Positions 1 to 9,367 of a DNA stretch of 64,000 bases are shown here, one piece after another. The stretch's first letter is position 1; the number at the start of each line of letters is the position of its first letter. The stretch comes from a virus. Location of the stretch: positions 10,094-74,093 of the IMG/VR virus record IMGVR_UViG_3300025141_000062. One strand, 5' to 3'. Below the pieces are notes generated by a model, which did no database searches, was not told where the DNA came from, and worked only from the letters and a program-made list of their open reading frames with translations. The translations under genes and the position numbers were made by a program.

Positions 1-72
1 GAAATAGTTTCAACGACAGATGCCACAGCATATACGTCGACTAATATTGATGATGGAAAATTTACAACATAG
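1..72 (+). CDS. 3' end of an upstream gene (truncated by window edge)
   Basis: Open frame from base 1 (EIVSTTDATAYTSTNIDDGKFTT) ending TAG at 70-72, 9 nt before the next ATG. Confidence 0.6.
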   Translation, partial: EIVSTTDATAYTSTNIDDGKFTT

Positions 73-81
73 GAAAATAAA

Positions 82-2178
82 ATGACACATGGAATCAGCA
101 GCGATGAATCTGACATTCAGTCACTTATTGAATCATCGTATTCATCTCTTCCATCAAAGGGATTAAATGTATGTGATCTTGATATCCCAGCTGATGTAGT
201 GACGTCATTTCAGTATAATTACTTTACAAAAGATGAGACAACTTCAAGAGATCAAACATTTAAGGGCGAGTCTATATCTTCATTCTCTACTGTAAGCGAA
301 GACGCAACACAGGAGGAGATTTTAGTTGCAAAATCTCAATACGATGTTCCAAGATTTAATAAAATATCATGGTCAGAAGCTATTTTAGCCTCTAGAAACT
401 CACTTATGTCAGAAGCAGGTGTTACAACTGAAGAAATGGGAACTCCAGATGTTTCAGTTTCTGATAATATTTCAAATGTCATATACGAAGAAGCGCTAAC
501 TTCATATCAGTATACCGGAATTACAATGCAAGATCAGCAAGGCCTAACATGCTTAGAGGAAATTGCAAAAATAGCAATAGACACATCAGAGCTTCCTATT
601 GAGTTTTCAACACCTGAGACATCTTCTCCCTCTTCTGACTCAAACTTAGATGTAATTAATGCATATCTAGAAGCTGTGAGCGATGGATCATCTATGGACG
701 GTACGGCAAAGGAGATGCTGAGATCAGCAATGTCAAACTATCAAAGTTCAGGAGATTTTGGATTTGTAAGCAGAAGAGATGAGGAGCTTGAATATTTATC
801 ACAAAATCTTGCATCTCACGGATCTGCAGTTGACATTGGAATGTCAATAAGCAATGTGCTTGCAGATAGATGTGCAGACTCTTTGATTTCAAACGGAGGA
901 AGCCTATATTATGAAGAGGCATCGAATTCAAAATCAGTTCTTGATCAAATTGCTAATTCTGCAATATCACTAGAGGTTGCTGGAAGAATATCAGAGGATG
1001 ATTATGATATTTCTGGAACTCCTGTGGTAGTTGATACAATTCAAAGTGACACAGGAATGAATAATTCTGATAGTAGCTCTACTTTATTTTCTCACACTTC
1101 TGATATTGTTGGATATATAGTTGAAAAATTAGAATTTGATACTTCTGGAAATATATTATCATTTAATCCGATAGCAGTTGATGGAAAGTCAACAACAAAT
1201 ATTCTTGATGTAAATGTTCTATACGGAGCATCTTACAAATATAGAGTAAGATCTGTAGCGTATATTGAATTTGACGCTATAAACGTGTTTCCAGGAAATG
1301 AAGCAGAAAATACAACTGTCAAATCAGGATTTTTATTTGCCTCAAGAGCATCACAGTGGTCAGAAGTAAACTGTATTGAAACTGTTCCACCAAGACCGCC
1401 AGTAGATATCGGCTTTATATACGATGGAAGTAACTCTTCTTTAAACATTAACTGGACACTTCCCATAAACAAGCAAAGAGACATAAAGCAAATTAATATA
1501 TTTAAAAGATCTTCAACTCTAGAGCCTTTTGGATTAATTAAGTGTTATTATTTTAATGACTCTACGACTCTTACTGCTACTGATGAAATAGCTGATCCTG
1601 ACTCTTTAATTCTCGATGATAAAAGCACTCTCGATGGAGCGTTAATTCAAGTTGTTGACGGTTCACCAGGGCTTTTTCATGATTATGATTTTGGCATTGA
1701 CAGTTCATCAATTTACGCACTAACCTCAGTAGATGCAAGAGGCTTAACATCAAACTACTCCCAGCAATTTAGAGTGACATATAATAAATTCAACGCTCAG
1801 ATTCAAGTAGAGCTAGTGTCTAGATCATATGCCCCAATACCATATCCAAACTATTTTATATCACAAGATACCTTTATTGATACAATGAAGATTTCTAATT
1901 TTGAAAAAATGACAGTATATTTTGATCCAGAATATCTAACTGTCAATGAGGCAATTTATGATGATGATGGAAATATTTCAGAAGATGCAGACGTAAATCT
2001 TATATCAACTCATCAAGATAATCCATCATATAAAATATCTATGATAAATCTTGATAATCAGAAATCAAAAAATATAGATATTTATGTTAGAGACATAAGA
2101 GATGCAACTTTGCAATCTGATGAAGGGGAGGAGTATTCTGTGAAAACAAGAATAGCATCTCTCTTTAGTGATATTTAA
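82..2178 (+). CDS. Acidic virion structural protein with fibronectin-III-like beta-sandwich repeats (probably baseplate-associated)
   Basis: 698 aa; FN3-like signatures (YKYRVRSVA, PPRPPVDI..LNINW, YALTSVDARGLTSNYS); sits in a baseplate-like cluster. Confidence 0.5.
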   Translation: MTHGISSDESDIQSLIESSYSSLPSKGLNVCDLDIPADVVTSFQYNYFTKDETTSRDQTFKGESISSFSTVSEDATQEEILVAKSQYDVPRFNKISWSEAILASRNSLMSEAGVTTEEMGTPDVSVSDNISNVIYEEALTSYQYTGITMQDQQGLTCLEEIAKIAIDTSELPIEFSTPETSSPSSDSNLDVINAYLEAVSDGSSMDGTAKEMLRSAMSNYQSSGDFGFVSRRDEELEYLSQNLASHGSAVDIGMSISNVLADRCADSLISNGGSLYYEEASNSKSVLDQIANSAISLEVAGRISEDDYDISGTPVVVDTIQSDTGMNNSDSSSTLFSHTSDIVGYIVEKLEFDTSGNILSFNPIAVDGKSTTNILDVNVLYGASYKYRVRSVAYIEFDAINVFPGNEAENTTVKSGFLFASRASQWSEVNCIETVPPRPPVDIGFIYDGSNSSLNINWTLPINKQRDIKQINIFKRSSTLEPFGLIKCYYFNDSTTLTATDEIADPDSLILDDKSTLDGALIQVVDGSPGLFHDYDFGIDSSSIYALTSVDARGLTSNYSQQFRVTYNKFNAQIQVELVSRSYAPIPYPNYFISQDTFIDTMKISNFEKMTVYFDPEYLTVNEAIYDDDGNISEDADVNLISTHQDNPSYKISMINLDNQKSKNIDIYVRDIRDATLQSDEGEEYSVKTRIASLFSDI

Positions 2179-2250
2179 GACATTTTGGTAGAGAAGTGGC
2201 TTAAATTTCAATCTTTAGAAATTATTTTACTGGCCTACTTGGCCAAATGT

Positions 2251-2257
2251 ATATTTA
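2251..2257 (+). promoter_or_regulatory. Putative late promoter motif ATANTTA
   Basis: ATATTTA followed by SD AGGAG and ATG 2277; same motif precedes many virion genes. Confidence 0.55.
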
Positions 2258-2276
2258 CAATCAGGAGTGAAAATAA

Positions 2277-2981
2277 ATGGGTTTTCTAGATCATAGCACA
2301 AATAATATTATACTAGACGCTGTCCTTACAGACAAGGGAAGAGAGCTTCTTGCTAGAAATGATGGATCATTTCAAATAGTAAAGTACGCTCTTTCTGACG
2401 ATGAAGTAGACTACACTATTGTAAAAAAGTTTGGAAGAACAGTAGGAAAAGAAAAAATTGAGAAAAATACTCCAGTCCTAGAGGCTCTGACAACATCTCA
2501 AGTTGCACAAAAATATAAGCTAAGAAGTGTATCAGTACCAAATCTGGTAAGACTACCATCACTTGGACTAGACGGTGTAACTTCTGATACAATTAGCCTG
2601 GATATTGTCACAACTAGAAATAGTGATGTAACAGTTAAGCAGACAATAGGTGCCAGTGAAGTTATTCCAAATGAGCTAGTTGATCAGGTATATAGGATAA
2701 CAGTAAATAACCTATTTCTTCAACTATCAGGACAACGACCAGTTTCAATAAATTCAGATAGCATAGCGACATATCTTGTTACAAGAGGTTCAACTTTGGA
2801 TACCGTAACTGGAGGTTCAAAAGTAGTTCTTGGTGTAACTGTTAAGTCATCTCTTACTACTACAATGTTTGACACGTACGGAACAGCTAGTGACAAAACT
2901 GTAATAAATTCTTATATTACAGTTACCGGACAGCAGTCAGGATCAGTCAAAGACTTTCTGGTTTCAATAAGCAAGACTTAA
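2277..2981 (+). CDS. Conserved virion structural protein (baseplate/tail)
   Basis: 234 aa; N-terminus DAVLTDKGRELLA..F.IVKYALSDDEVDY resembles tail-fibre/baseplate N-terminal domains of large myoviruses; strong SD. Confidence 0.55.
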   Translation: MGFLDHSTNNIILDAVLTDKGRELLARNDGSFQIVKYALSDDEVDYTIVKKFGRTVGKEKIEKNTPVLEALTTSQVAQKYKLRSVSVPNLVRLPSLGLDGVTSDTISLDIVTTRNSDVTVKQTIGASEVIPNELVDQVYRITVNNLFLQLSGQRPVSINSDSIATYLVTRGSTLDTVTGGSKVVLGVTVKSSLTTTMFDTYGTASDKTVINSYITVTGQQSGSVKDFLVSISKT

Positions 2982-3004
2982 TAGTATAATTAAAGGCAAT
3001 AAGC

Positions 3005-4288
3005 ATGGCAACATATAAAGAAATCTCTTCTGCTGACATTAAGACAAGCAGATCAGTTTTAAATCAGCTAGTTGATATAATTCAAGAAGATATCTCAGGC
3101 TCAACAACTAGAAAAAAATATCAAGTATTCGTAACGGGTGGTGTAGGTCCTGGTGTGACTTCTTCACTGTTTCAGACAGTCTATGATCAAGACTATACGC
3201 TTCAGACGGCAAATCCTATCTTTGATATGACACTTGGGATATATTCTGGAAGCGGAATAGTTTCTGCTTCATCTACAGGTCAAGATAGTGCTGGCAAGCT
3301 ATTGTTTCCATCATCTTCTCTCATGATGAGAGAGAAGGTGAACGTATATAGACAATTTGCACAGCTTCTATTGGGAAATGCAACACATCAGTTCTCAACA
3401 CCCTTTTCAACATCTCAGCCGGCAGCAGATGATGATAAAATAGATGCAGCATTATTTCTAACTTTTAAGCGACTGTTTTCAAGAGACAAGATCAAGAGAG
3501 AGACATTTGCAATGAAGTTCTACCAGTCTGCATCAAGAGCACCAGGTGCAGGTGGTGGATTTAACCCTACACACATTAATAATGGTGTAACTTGGGGGCC
3601 TAATATAAACCTTGGAACTGTGTCTGGATCTGCAATCTATACAGATGTAGGATCTTCAACAGCAAAAGAAACATCTGTCGGAGGTGAGGTTGGAAATATT
3701 GTCGACTCATCAAACACAAGTAGAAATGTAGGGCTCCTATTCTATGATATGGGAATAGCAGTTCTTGATGTGGAGAGCGTAATATCTGGATCACAGCATG
3801 TAAGCGGAACAGTATCGGCAATGAATAGCGCATCAGGAAACGGTTATGCTGCAGGTCAGATTGTTATAGGAGATGTAAGAAAAAGCGGAAGAGGAACAGG
3901 GACACACAAAGCAAAATTTGTTCCAGATTTTATAGTATCTGGATCAATGGATGACGTCTTAGATCACTTTGCATCTGTAAGATTCCAATCAGGATCACTT
4001 ACGGCAATGACTTTTCAGAATGTTACAAATATTAATTCAACACTTGTATTTTGCAGAGCTACATCTGATGAGTTTAATTACTCATCAAATCCAACTTTTA
4101 CTGACGATACAGGAAGAATAAACTGCATAGACAGCGGAGAGGAAACTACTCAACGTACATTCTCATTTCCAACTACGATTGGACTATATGATGGAAGAAA
4201 TCAACTACTTGCTGTTGCAAAGCTTAGCAGGCCAGTAGAGAAGAATGACGAGAAGGATCTTACATTTAGAATTAGACTTGACTTCTAG
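3005..4288 (+). CDS. Baseplate/tail-collar-like virion protein
   Basis: 427 aa; C-terminal TTIGLYD..LLAVAKLSRPVEK..FRIRLDF tail-collar-type domain; S/G/T rich. Confidence 0.55.
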   Translation: MATYKEISSADIKTSRSVLNQLVDIIQEDISGSTTRKKYQVFVTGGVGPGVTSSLFQTVYDQDYTLQTANPIFDMTLGIYSGSGIVSASSTGQDSAGKLLFPSSSLMMREKVNVYRQFAQLLLGNATHQFSTPFSTSQPAADDDKIDAALFLTFKRLFSRDKIKRETFAMKFYQSASRAPGAGGGFNPTHINNGVTWGPNINLGTVSGSAIYTDVGSSTAKETSVGGEVGNIVDSSNTSRNVGLLFYDMGIAVLDVESVISGSQHVSGTVSAMNSASGNGYAAGQIVIGDVRKSGRGTGTHKAKFVPDFIVSGSMDDVLDHFASVRFQSGSLTAMTFQNVTNINSTLVFCRATSDEFNYSSNPTFTDDTGRINCIDSGEETTQRTFSFPTTIGLYDGRNQLLAVAKLSRPVEKNDEKDLTFRIRLDF

Positions 4289-4308
4289 ATCTATAGGGAG
4301 GTGGGCCA

Positions 4309-7300
4309 ATGTCTATCATTAAGATTACACCAGACCTGATTGAACTAGTTAGCCTAAAGACTCATCCTAAGGTAAAGTTTGTCTCATCATCAATAGGTGT
4401 TGTTAATACAGAGGTAACGTCCAGCTCAGGTATAGTAAGTCACTCTGGAACTCTAGGAGAGGTAAGCCTGCTCCCTAGGACTAATAGAGTGATAAAGTCA
4501 ACAAGGCAGTTTGATATCACATCTGCACTATTTAATGAAGACCAGCTAGAGTTAGCTATAAATTTAAAAAATGCTGTAACTTTAACAGAAGCAGGTGAGA
4601 CAGATATACAGTCGTATATGGGACATGCTACGCCCTGGCCACACTCTTCAACTGAAGGCTCTATTGACGGTGCCCCTGCATCAGAAGCATACGATCAAGG
4701 GTATATGAGAGCAGTCAATCAGGCAAAAAAGAGCTCAAAACAGCTAAAGACATTCCAGATATCAAGATTTAGACCGTCATTTCTTTTTGAAGATGAAGGA
4801 TTTACTAATCATGAACTACTTACTGCATCACTACCTGCAAAGACAAAAGGTGTAAAGAGCCATATAGAGAATGTGCTTTTAAAGAAATATAAGTCTCACT
4901 ACACTAATCCAAATTATTCATATACAAACTATCATTCATTAAATTTCTTTACATCGTCTCATACAAATACGCTTCACGGCCATAGCGTCGTATCAAGTTC
5001 TGTTCTAATATATCCATGTATGACATCATCAAATAGAACTGATCAAGGACCGCATCTCACAGGGACAACAAGGTTTACTGGAAGATACTGTCCAGAAGGT
5101 GCATTTACATTTGACTTTTATATAAACCCAAGATATTCAAATGATGGTCCAGTGGGACAGGGCGCTGGCGACTCAAATAATTCATTTAATGCAGGCACAA
5201 TATTCCATATGAGCTCTACATTTGCTGTATCGCTTATTTCAGGATCTAGTGTAGATGAGTTTGGTAAGTGTGACGGATATAGGCTCCTACTCCAGCTTTC
5301 TCACAGTGCAGGCTACCCTCCTTCAAGATTTACAATAACTGCATCTAGCAATAATCCTGTATATAATGGAAATCTTGCAAGATATAAGGATAGAGACTTT
5401 AGATATGCGTTTCTATCACCAGATAACTCTCTTCAAAGAAACAAGTGGCATCATGTTGCAATTAGGTGGGGTACCAAAAATATAAATGATGGAACGGGAT
5501 CGTTTTTTATAGATGGAAATGAAGTCTCACGCTTTTGCATACCTGAGACAAGCATAGCACAAACTGTATTTACACTAACTGATGATCACGCCGAAGACAA
5601 TAGGGTTAACAGCTATTTAAGGGCTGCAGGAAAGATAGACGCTGATTCTAATCAACCCATATCAGATCCAGATGCATTATTTATAGGAAACTTTTATGAA
5701 GGAAAAAATACAACTGGATCTAATGCAACTTCAATTAATAGATTTTTCAACTGGAAGGCACAAAATCTAGAGGGATTCTCACAGGGTCAAAATTCTGGAC
5801 AGCAAAAAGGTCTCCATATTGAAGATGGTGATCCAAAGTCTTATGCCTTTAATCATCCACTAAATGCCGAGGTTCATGATCTTAAAATTTACGCATCATA
5901 CAGGACGTCAGATCAAATACTAACAAGCTCTCGTCATGGACCTGAGAACTCTGATGATCTTTTATTTTATCTTCCGCCATTTTTTGTTAAAGAGGGCTTT
6001 GATAGAAGATTTTTTGGGACAGCAGTCCAGACAATTAAAAAGCATCAAGTTGCTCACGATCAGGCAAACGATTCATTTTTTGACACATATCTCTCAAGAC
6101 CGTTTAATGCAGGTCTTTCTATGACAGTTGACTCAACACTGATAAATCTTGAGAACTTTTGCAGAGACCTTGTTCAAGGTGTGTATCCGAGACTTTTATT
6201 CCTAACAGCTTCTGCAATATCTGATGTTGAGATGCAAACACAATATGACAATAAAGAGAAACCTTGGCGATTTCCAAATGGAAGCGTGTCTGCACCACAA
6301 AGAAGAGTTTCAGATCTTCTATTCTCAACTGCATCACTAGCAAAGAGATGCCTAACTATTCTTCCATGTGATAACGGTAAATTCCTTCCAAACTATTCAC
6401 TAATTCTATCTGGTGCAAACGATTCCAAGCCAACATCTGGCTCAGAGATGTCTCTATTTGTTGATGACTACGGTCACAGTGATATATCAAGCATAAGTCT
6501 TAAAAATTTATTTACTCAGACACCAACCGCTATGACACTTATTCCAGATGGTGGCAGCTCTGTTGACACAATAGTTGATACTTTAAACTACTATACTGGA
6601 ACAGGTGTTTCTGGACTATATGATAGCTGGAGAGGCTCATCAAGCGGCTTTGGCGACGGAGACATGTCAGATGAAAATACCGGCCCACTTGCAAGCCCAG
6701 ATAGGCCAAACGGTGCAATCTGCTTTGAGTCCACTAGCTCAATACCAAGATTTATGGTGTATCAGGCAACACAGGACTCATCTAGCAATGAGGTTGTGAT
6801 ATTTAATATTCCAAATTTATTCTATGGAAATAGAATTTCTCCAGGAACATTTAAACTGTCTGACAAAAATCTTTCTGGATCTAGAGGCAAGGTGTCAATG
6901 ACACTAAAAGATGATGGATTTGGAACACTGTACAGGGCTGATTCAATAACTGAAAATGCTAAGTTTAACTGTGTTGGAAATATATTTTATGAAGAGGGAC
7001 TTGTTTTAATAAAGTCTCCTCACCTTGTTCACTTTGGAAAGAGAGAATTTGAGATGGAGTTTAAAGGGGACCAGAATATTCATGTAATGTCTGTCAATGT
7101 TCCCTGTGAGCCAGGTCTTGTAAACAGCTCGTCTAATCCAGCGTTTAAGTCGCTATCTGCATCATTTGATGCAAATGACTATAATAACGAATTCGTCTAT
7201 ATCACGTCAGTATATCTTCATGATGATAACTTTAACGTCATTATGAAGGCCAATCTTGCACAACCAGTTGTCAAGAGAGAGTCAGACGAATTTTTATTTA

Positions 7301-7320
7301 GAATAAAGATGGATTTTTAA
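4309..7320 (+). CDS. Large virion protein with LamG/concanavalin-like domain; C-terminus paralogous to 3005..4288
   Basis: 1003 aa; FTFDFYINP...NKWHHVAIRW...FFIDG LamG pattern; C-terminal SSNP.F...KANLAQPVVK..FRIKMDF. Confidence 0.55.
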   Translation: MSIIKITPDLIELVSLKTHPKVKFVSSSIGVVNTEVTSSSGIVSHSGTLGEVSLLPRTNRVIKSTRQFDITSALFNEDQLELAINLKNAVTLTEAGETDIQSYMGHATPWPHSSTEGSIDGAPASEAYDQGYMRAVNQAKKSSKQLKTFQISRFRPSFLFEDEGFTNHELLTASLPAKTKGVKSHIENVLLKKYKSHYTNPNYSYTNYHSLNFFTSSHTNTLHGHSVVSSSVLIYPCMTSSNRTDQGPHLTGTTRFTGRYCPEGAFTFDFYINPRYSNDGPVGQGAGDSNNSFNAGTIFHMSSTFAVSLISGSSVDEFGKCDGYRLLLQLSHSAGYPPSRFTITASSNNPVYNGNLARYKDRDFRYAFLSPDNSLQRNKWHHVAIRWGTKNINDGTGSFFIDGNEVSRFCIPETSIAQTVFTLTDDHAEDNRVNSYLRAAGKIDADSNQPISDPDALFIGNFYEGKNTTGSNATSINRFFNWKAQNLEGFSQGQNSGQQKGLHIEDGDPKSYAFNHPLNAEVHDLKIYASYRTSDQILTSSRHGPENSDDLLFYLPPFFVKEGFDRRFFGTAVQTIKKHQVAHDQANDSFFDTYLSRPFNAGLSMTVDSTLINLENFCRDLVQGVYPRLLFLTASAISDVEMQTQYDNKEKPWRFPNGSVSAPQRRVSDLLFSTASLAKRCLTILPCDNGKFLPNYSLILSGANDSKPTSGSEMSLFVDDYGHSDISSISLKNLFTQTPTAMTLIPDGGSSVDTIVDTLNYYTGTGVSGLYDSWRGSSSGFGDGDMSDENTGPLASPDRPNGAICFESTSSIPRFMVYQATQDSSSNEVVIFNIPNLFYGNRISPGTFKLSDKNLSGSRGKVSMTLKDDGFGTLYRADSITENAKFNCVGNIFYEEGLVLIKSPHLVHFGKREFEMEFKGDQNIHVMSVNVPCEPGLVNSSSNPAFKSLSASFDANDYNNEFVYITSVYLHDDNFNVIMKANLAQPVVKRESDEFLFRIKMDF

Positions 7321-7862
7321 TGATATTGGGACTGGATATATCTACAAGCTGTACTGGGTGGTGTATTTTAAATTCATCTGGTGAGCTTGTTAAGATGGGA
7401 TACATTCCTCTTGCAAAGATAAAGTCTATGTTTAAAAAAGCACAGACTGTGAGGCACATGCTTTCTTCGCTAAATGTTGACTATGACATAGAGAGAATCT
7501 ACATAGAGGAGAATCTTCAGGCATTTCGCCCTGGGCTGTCATCAGCAAAGACCCTGTTGTCACTTGCAAGATTTAATGGAATTATAAGCTACATTGCCCA
7601 GGAAGAATTCTTTATATCGCCGGAGTTTATCAATGTCAACGCAGCTAGAAAGAAACTGTCAATTAAGATAAAGAGAAAGAAGAATGGCGGTAAACCTACA
7701 AAGGAGCAAGTTCTAGACTGGGTGACATCTCAGATAGCCTCCTATACTTGGCCAAAAAAACAGCTAAAATCTGGCCCTAGAAAGGGTAAGCTTATCTTAG
7801 AGCCGGGATGCTATGACATGGCTGACTCATATGTAATAGCACGCGCAGGTATTTTAAATTGA
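7320..7862 (+). CDS. RuvC-like Holliday junction resolvase
   Basis: ILGLDISTSCTG, IYIEE and C-terminal DMADS acidic motifs of the RNase H/RuvC fold. Confidence 0.8.
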   Translation: MILGLDISTSCTGWCILNSSGELVKMGYIPLAKIKSMFKKAQTVRHMLSSLNVDYDIERIYIEENLQAFRPGLSSAKTLLSLARFNGIISYIAQEEFFISPEFINVNAARKKLSIKIKRKKNGGKPTKEQVLDWVTSQIASYTWPKKQLKSGPRKGKLILEPGCYDMADSYVIARAGILN

Positions 7863-7888
7863 AAAAATAGCTTATCATAGATTATGAT
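7859..7888 (+). promoter_or_regulatory. Sigma70-like promoter (probably leaderless transcript)
   Basis: TTGAAA-N18-TATGAT, ATG 6 nt downstream, no SD. Confidence 0.4.
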
Positions 7889-7894
7889 TATTCT

Positions 7895-8866
7895 ATGGTT
7901 ACATTTACACAAAAGCTATCTTTTTTAAAAAAAGTGTTTGGTGATTATGAGCTTGATAGAAAGCAAGAAAATGGAATCTTTAGGTGCCCAAGCTGCGGCA
8001 CTGGAACGAAAAAGAAGAAATTCTATATAAATCTTGAATCCTGGAAATGTCACTGCTGGTCTTGTAACTTAAAGGGAAGAACAGTGCTTCCTGCACTTAG
8101 AAAGTATGGGACAAGAGAAGATGTTTCTTACTTTACTGAAAAGCTATGTGGGAACAAACGGCAAAATATATCAGAGAGCTCTCAGGAAGAAGTAAATAAC
8201 AATGTCAGACTTCCTGACGGATTTTTATTTCTTGGAGATTTTAAAAAATCTCTAGATCCAGACATTAGATCATGTATAAAGTATCTATACTCCAGGGGAT
8301 TGAGTGAAAGTGACATTTGGCGATATAGAATTGGCACATCTAGATACGGAAAATTTAGAAGGAGAGTTATATTTCCATCTTTTGACATAGATGGAGATCT
8401 TAACTTTTTTGTATCAAGATCTATTGACTCTAGTGTAAAGCGCAAGTATATTAATTCTAATGTAAATAAAAAGCTAATAGTGTTTAATGATATTGATATT
8501 GACTGGTCTAGAGAAGTCACTCTTGTTGAGGGTCCATTTGATATGATAAAGGCAGGAGATAACTCAACATGCATGCTCGGTTCAAGCCTATCTGATGATT
8601 ATTTTTTATTTTCAAAAATTGTATCAAATAAGTCACCTGTACTTCTTGCACTTGATAGTGATATGAAGAAAAAAGAGCAAGATATAGCAAGGTTGTTAGT
8701 TTTATATGGCTGTGAAGTGAGAATTCTTGATCTCGGAAGATTTTCAGATGTAGGCGAGATGTCAAAGATTGAGTTCATTGAAAAAAGAAAATATGCAACT
8801 AGCTGGTCACCGAGTCAAAGACTTAAGATGAGAATTGGAGCCCTAAGAAGTGGATCTCTCTTCTAG
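7895..8866 (+). CDS. DNA primase (Zn finger + TOPRIM; T4 gp61/DnaG-like)
   Basis: CPSC...CHCWSC zinc finger, RVIFPS, LVEGPFD, LALDSD, DVGEM. Confidence 0.85.
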   Translation: MVTFTQKLSFLKKVFGDYELDRKQENGIFRCPSCGTGTKKKKFYINLESWKCHCWSCNLKGRTVLPALRKYGTREDVSYFTEKLCGNKRQNISESSQEEVNNNVRLPDGFLFLGDFKKSLDPDIRSCIKYLYSRGLSESDIWRYRIGTSRYGKFRRRVIFPSFDIDGDLNFFVSRSIDSSVKRKYINSNVNKKLIVFNDIDIDWSREVTLVEGPFDMIKAGDNSTCMLGSSLSDDYFLFSKIVSNKSPVLLALDSDMKKKEQDIARLLVLYGCEVRILDLGRFSDVGEMSKIEFIEKRKYATSWSPSQRLKMRIGALRSGSLF

Positions 8867-8872
8867 TTTGTA

Positions 8873-8879
8873 ATAGTTA
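8873..8879 (+). promoter_or_regulatory. Putative late promoter motif ATANTTA
   Basis: ATAGTTA in the gap before 8902. Confidence 0.5.
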
Positions 8880-8901
8880 TTGTTATAACTGAGATACGAG
8901 T

Positions 8902-9324
8902 ATGAAGATAACAAGACTAGAGCTTAGAAATATCATTAGAGAGGTCATTCAAGATATAGATGAGGATGCTCTATTTCCAACAAGAACATTTCTTGGCCTA
9001 GAGCCCGAGAGAGACATTCCAGGGCAGACCCCTCCCCCAGTATGTAAAAAATGTGCAGTTCATCACGATACAGGTGGGTGCAAACATCACGGCGACGAGG
9101 GTGGGAGAAATCTAGGGTATGGAAGTGTAAAGTCAGATGATAGAGAAGGGAGAATGACCAAGGGTCATTTATATAAAATATCAAAGTATTCTCAAAGCCT
9201 TCACGATCTACTTCAAGATAATGACGATCTCCCAGAATGGGTTCAGAGCAAGATAGCAAGGGCTGCTGATAAAATGGAGGCTGTATATGGCTATCTTGAT
9301 TATAAACTTAGTAAAATGAAATAG
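8902..9324 (+). CDS. Hypothetical protein with N-terminal LRxIIRE helix (probable head-associated protein)
   Basis: MKITRLELRNIIREVI; C-terminal DDLPEWVQSKI..A domain; late-type motif upstream. Confidence 0.55.
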   Translation: MKITRLELRNIIREVIQDIDEDALFPTRTFLGLEPERDIPGQTPPPVCKKCAVHHDTGGCKHHGDEGGRNLGYGSVKSDDREGRMTKGHLYKISKYSQSLHDLLQDNDDLPEWVQSKIARAADKMEAVYGYLDYKLSKMK

Positions 9325-9367
9325 CATCTTGTACACTGGGCTGCATTGTTAGAATAATATAAAACAT

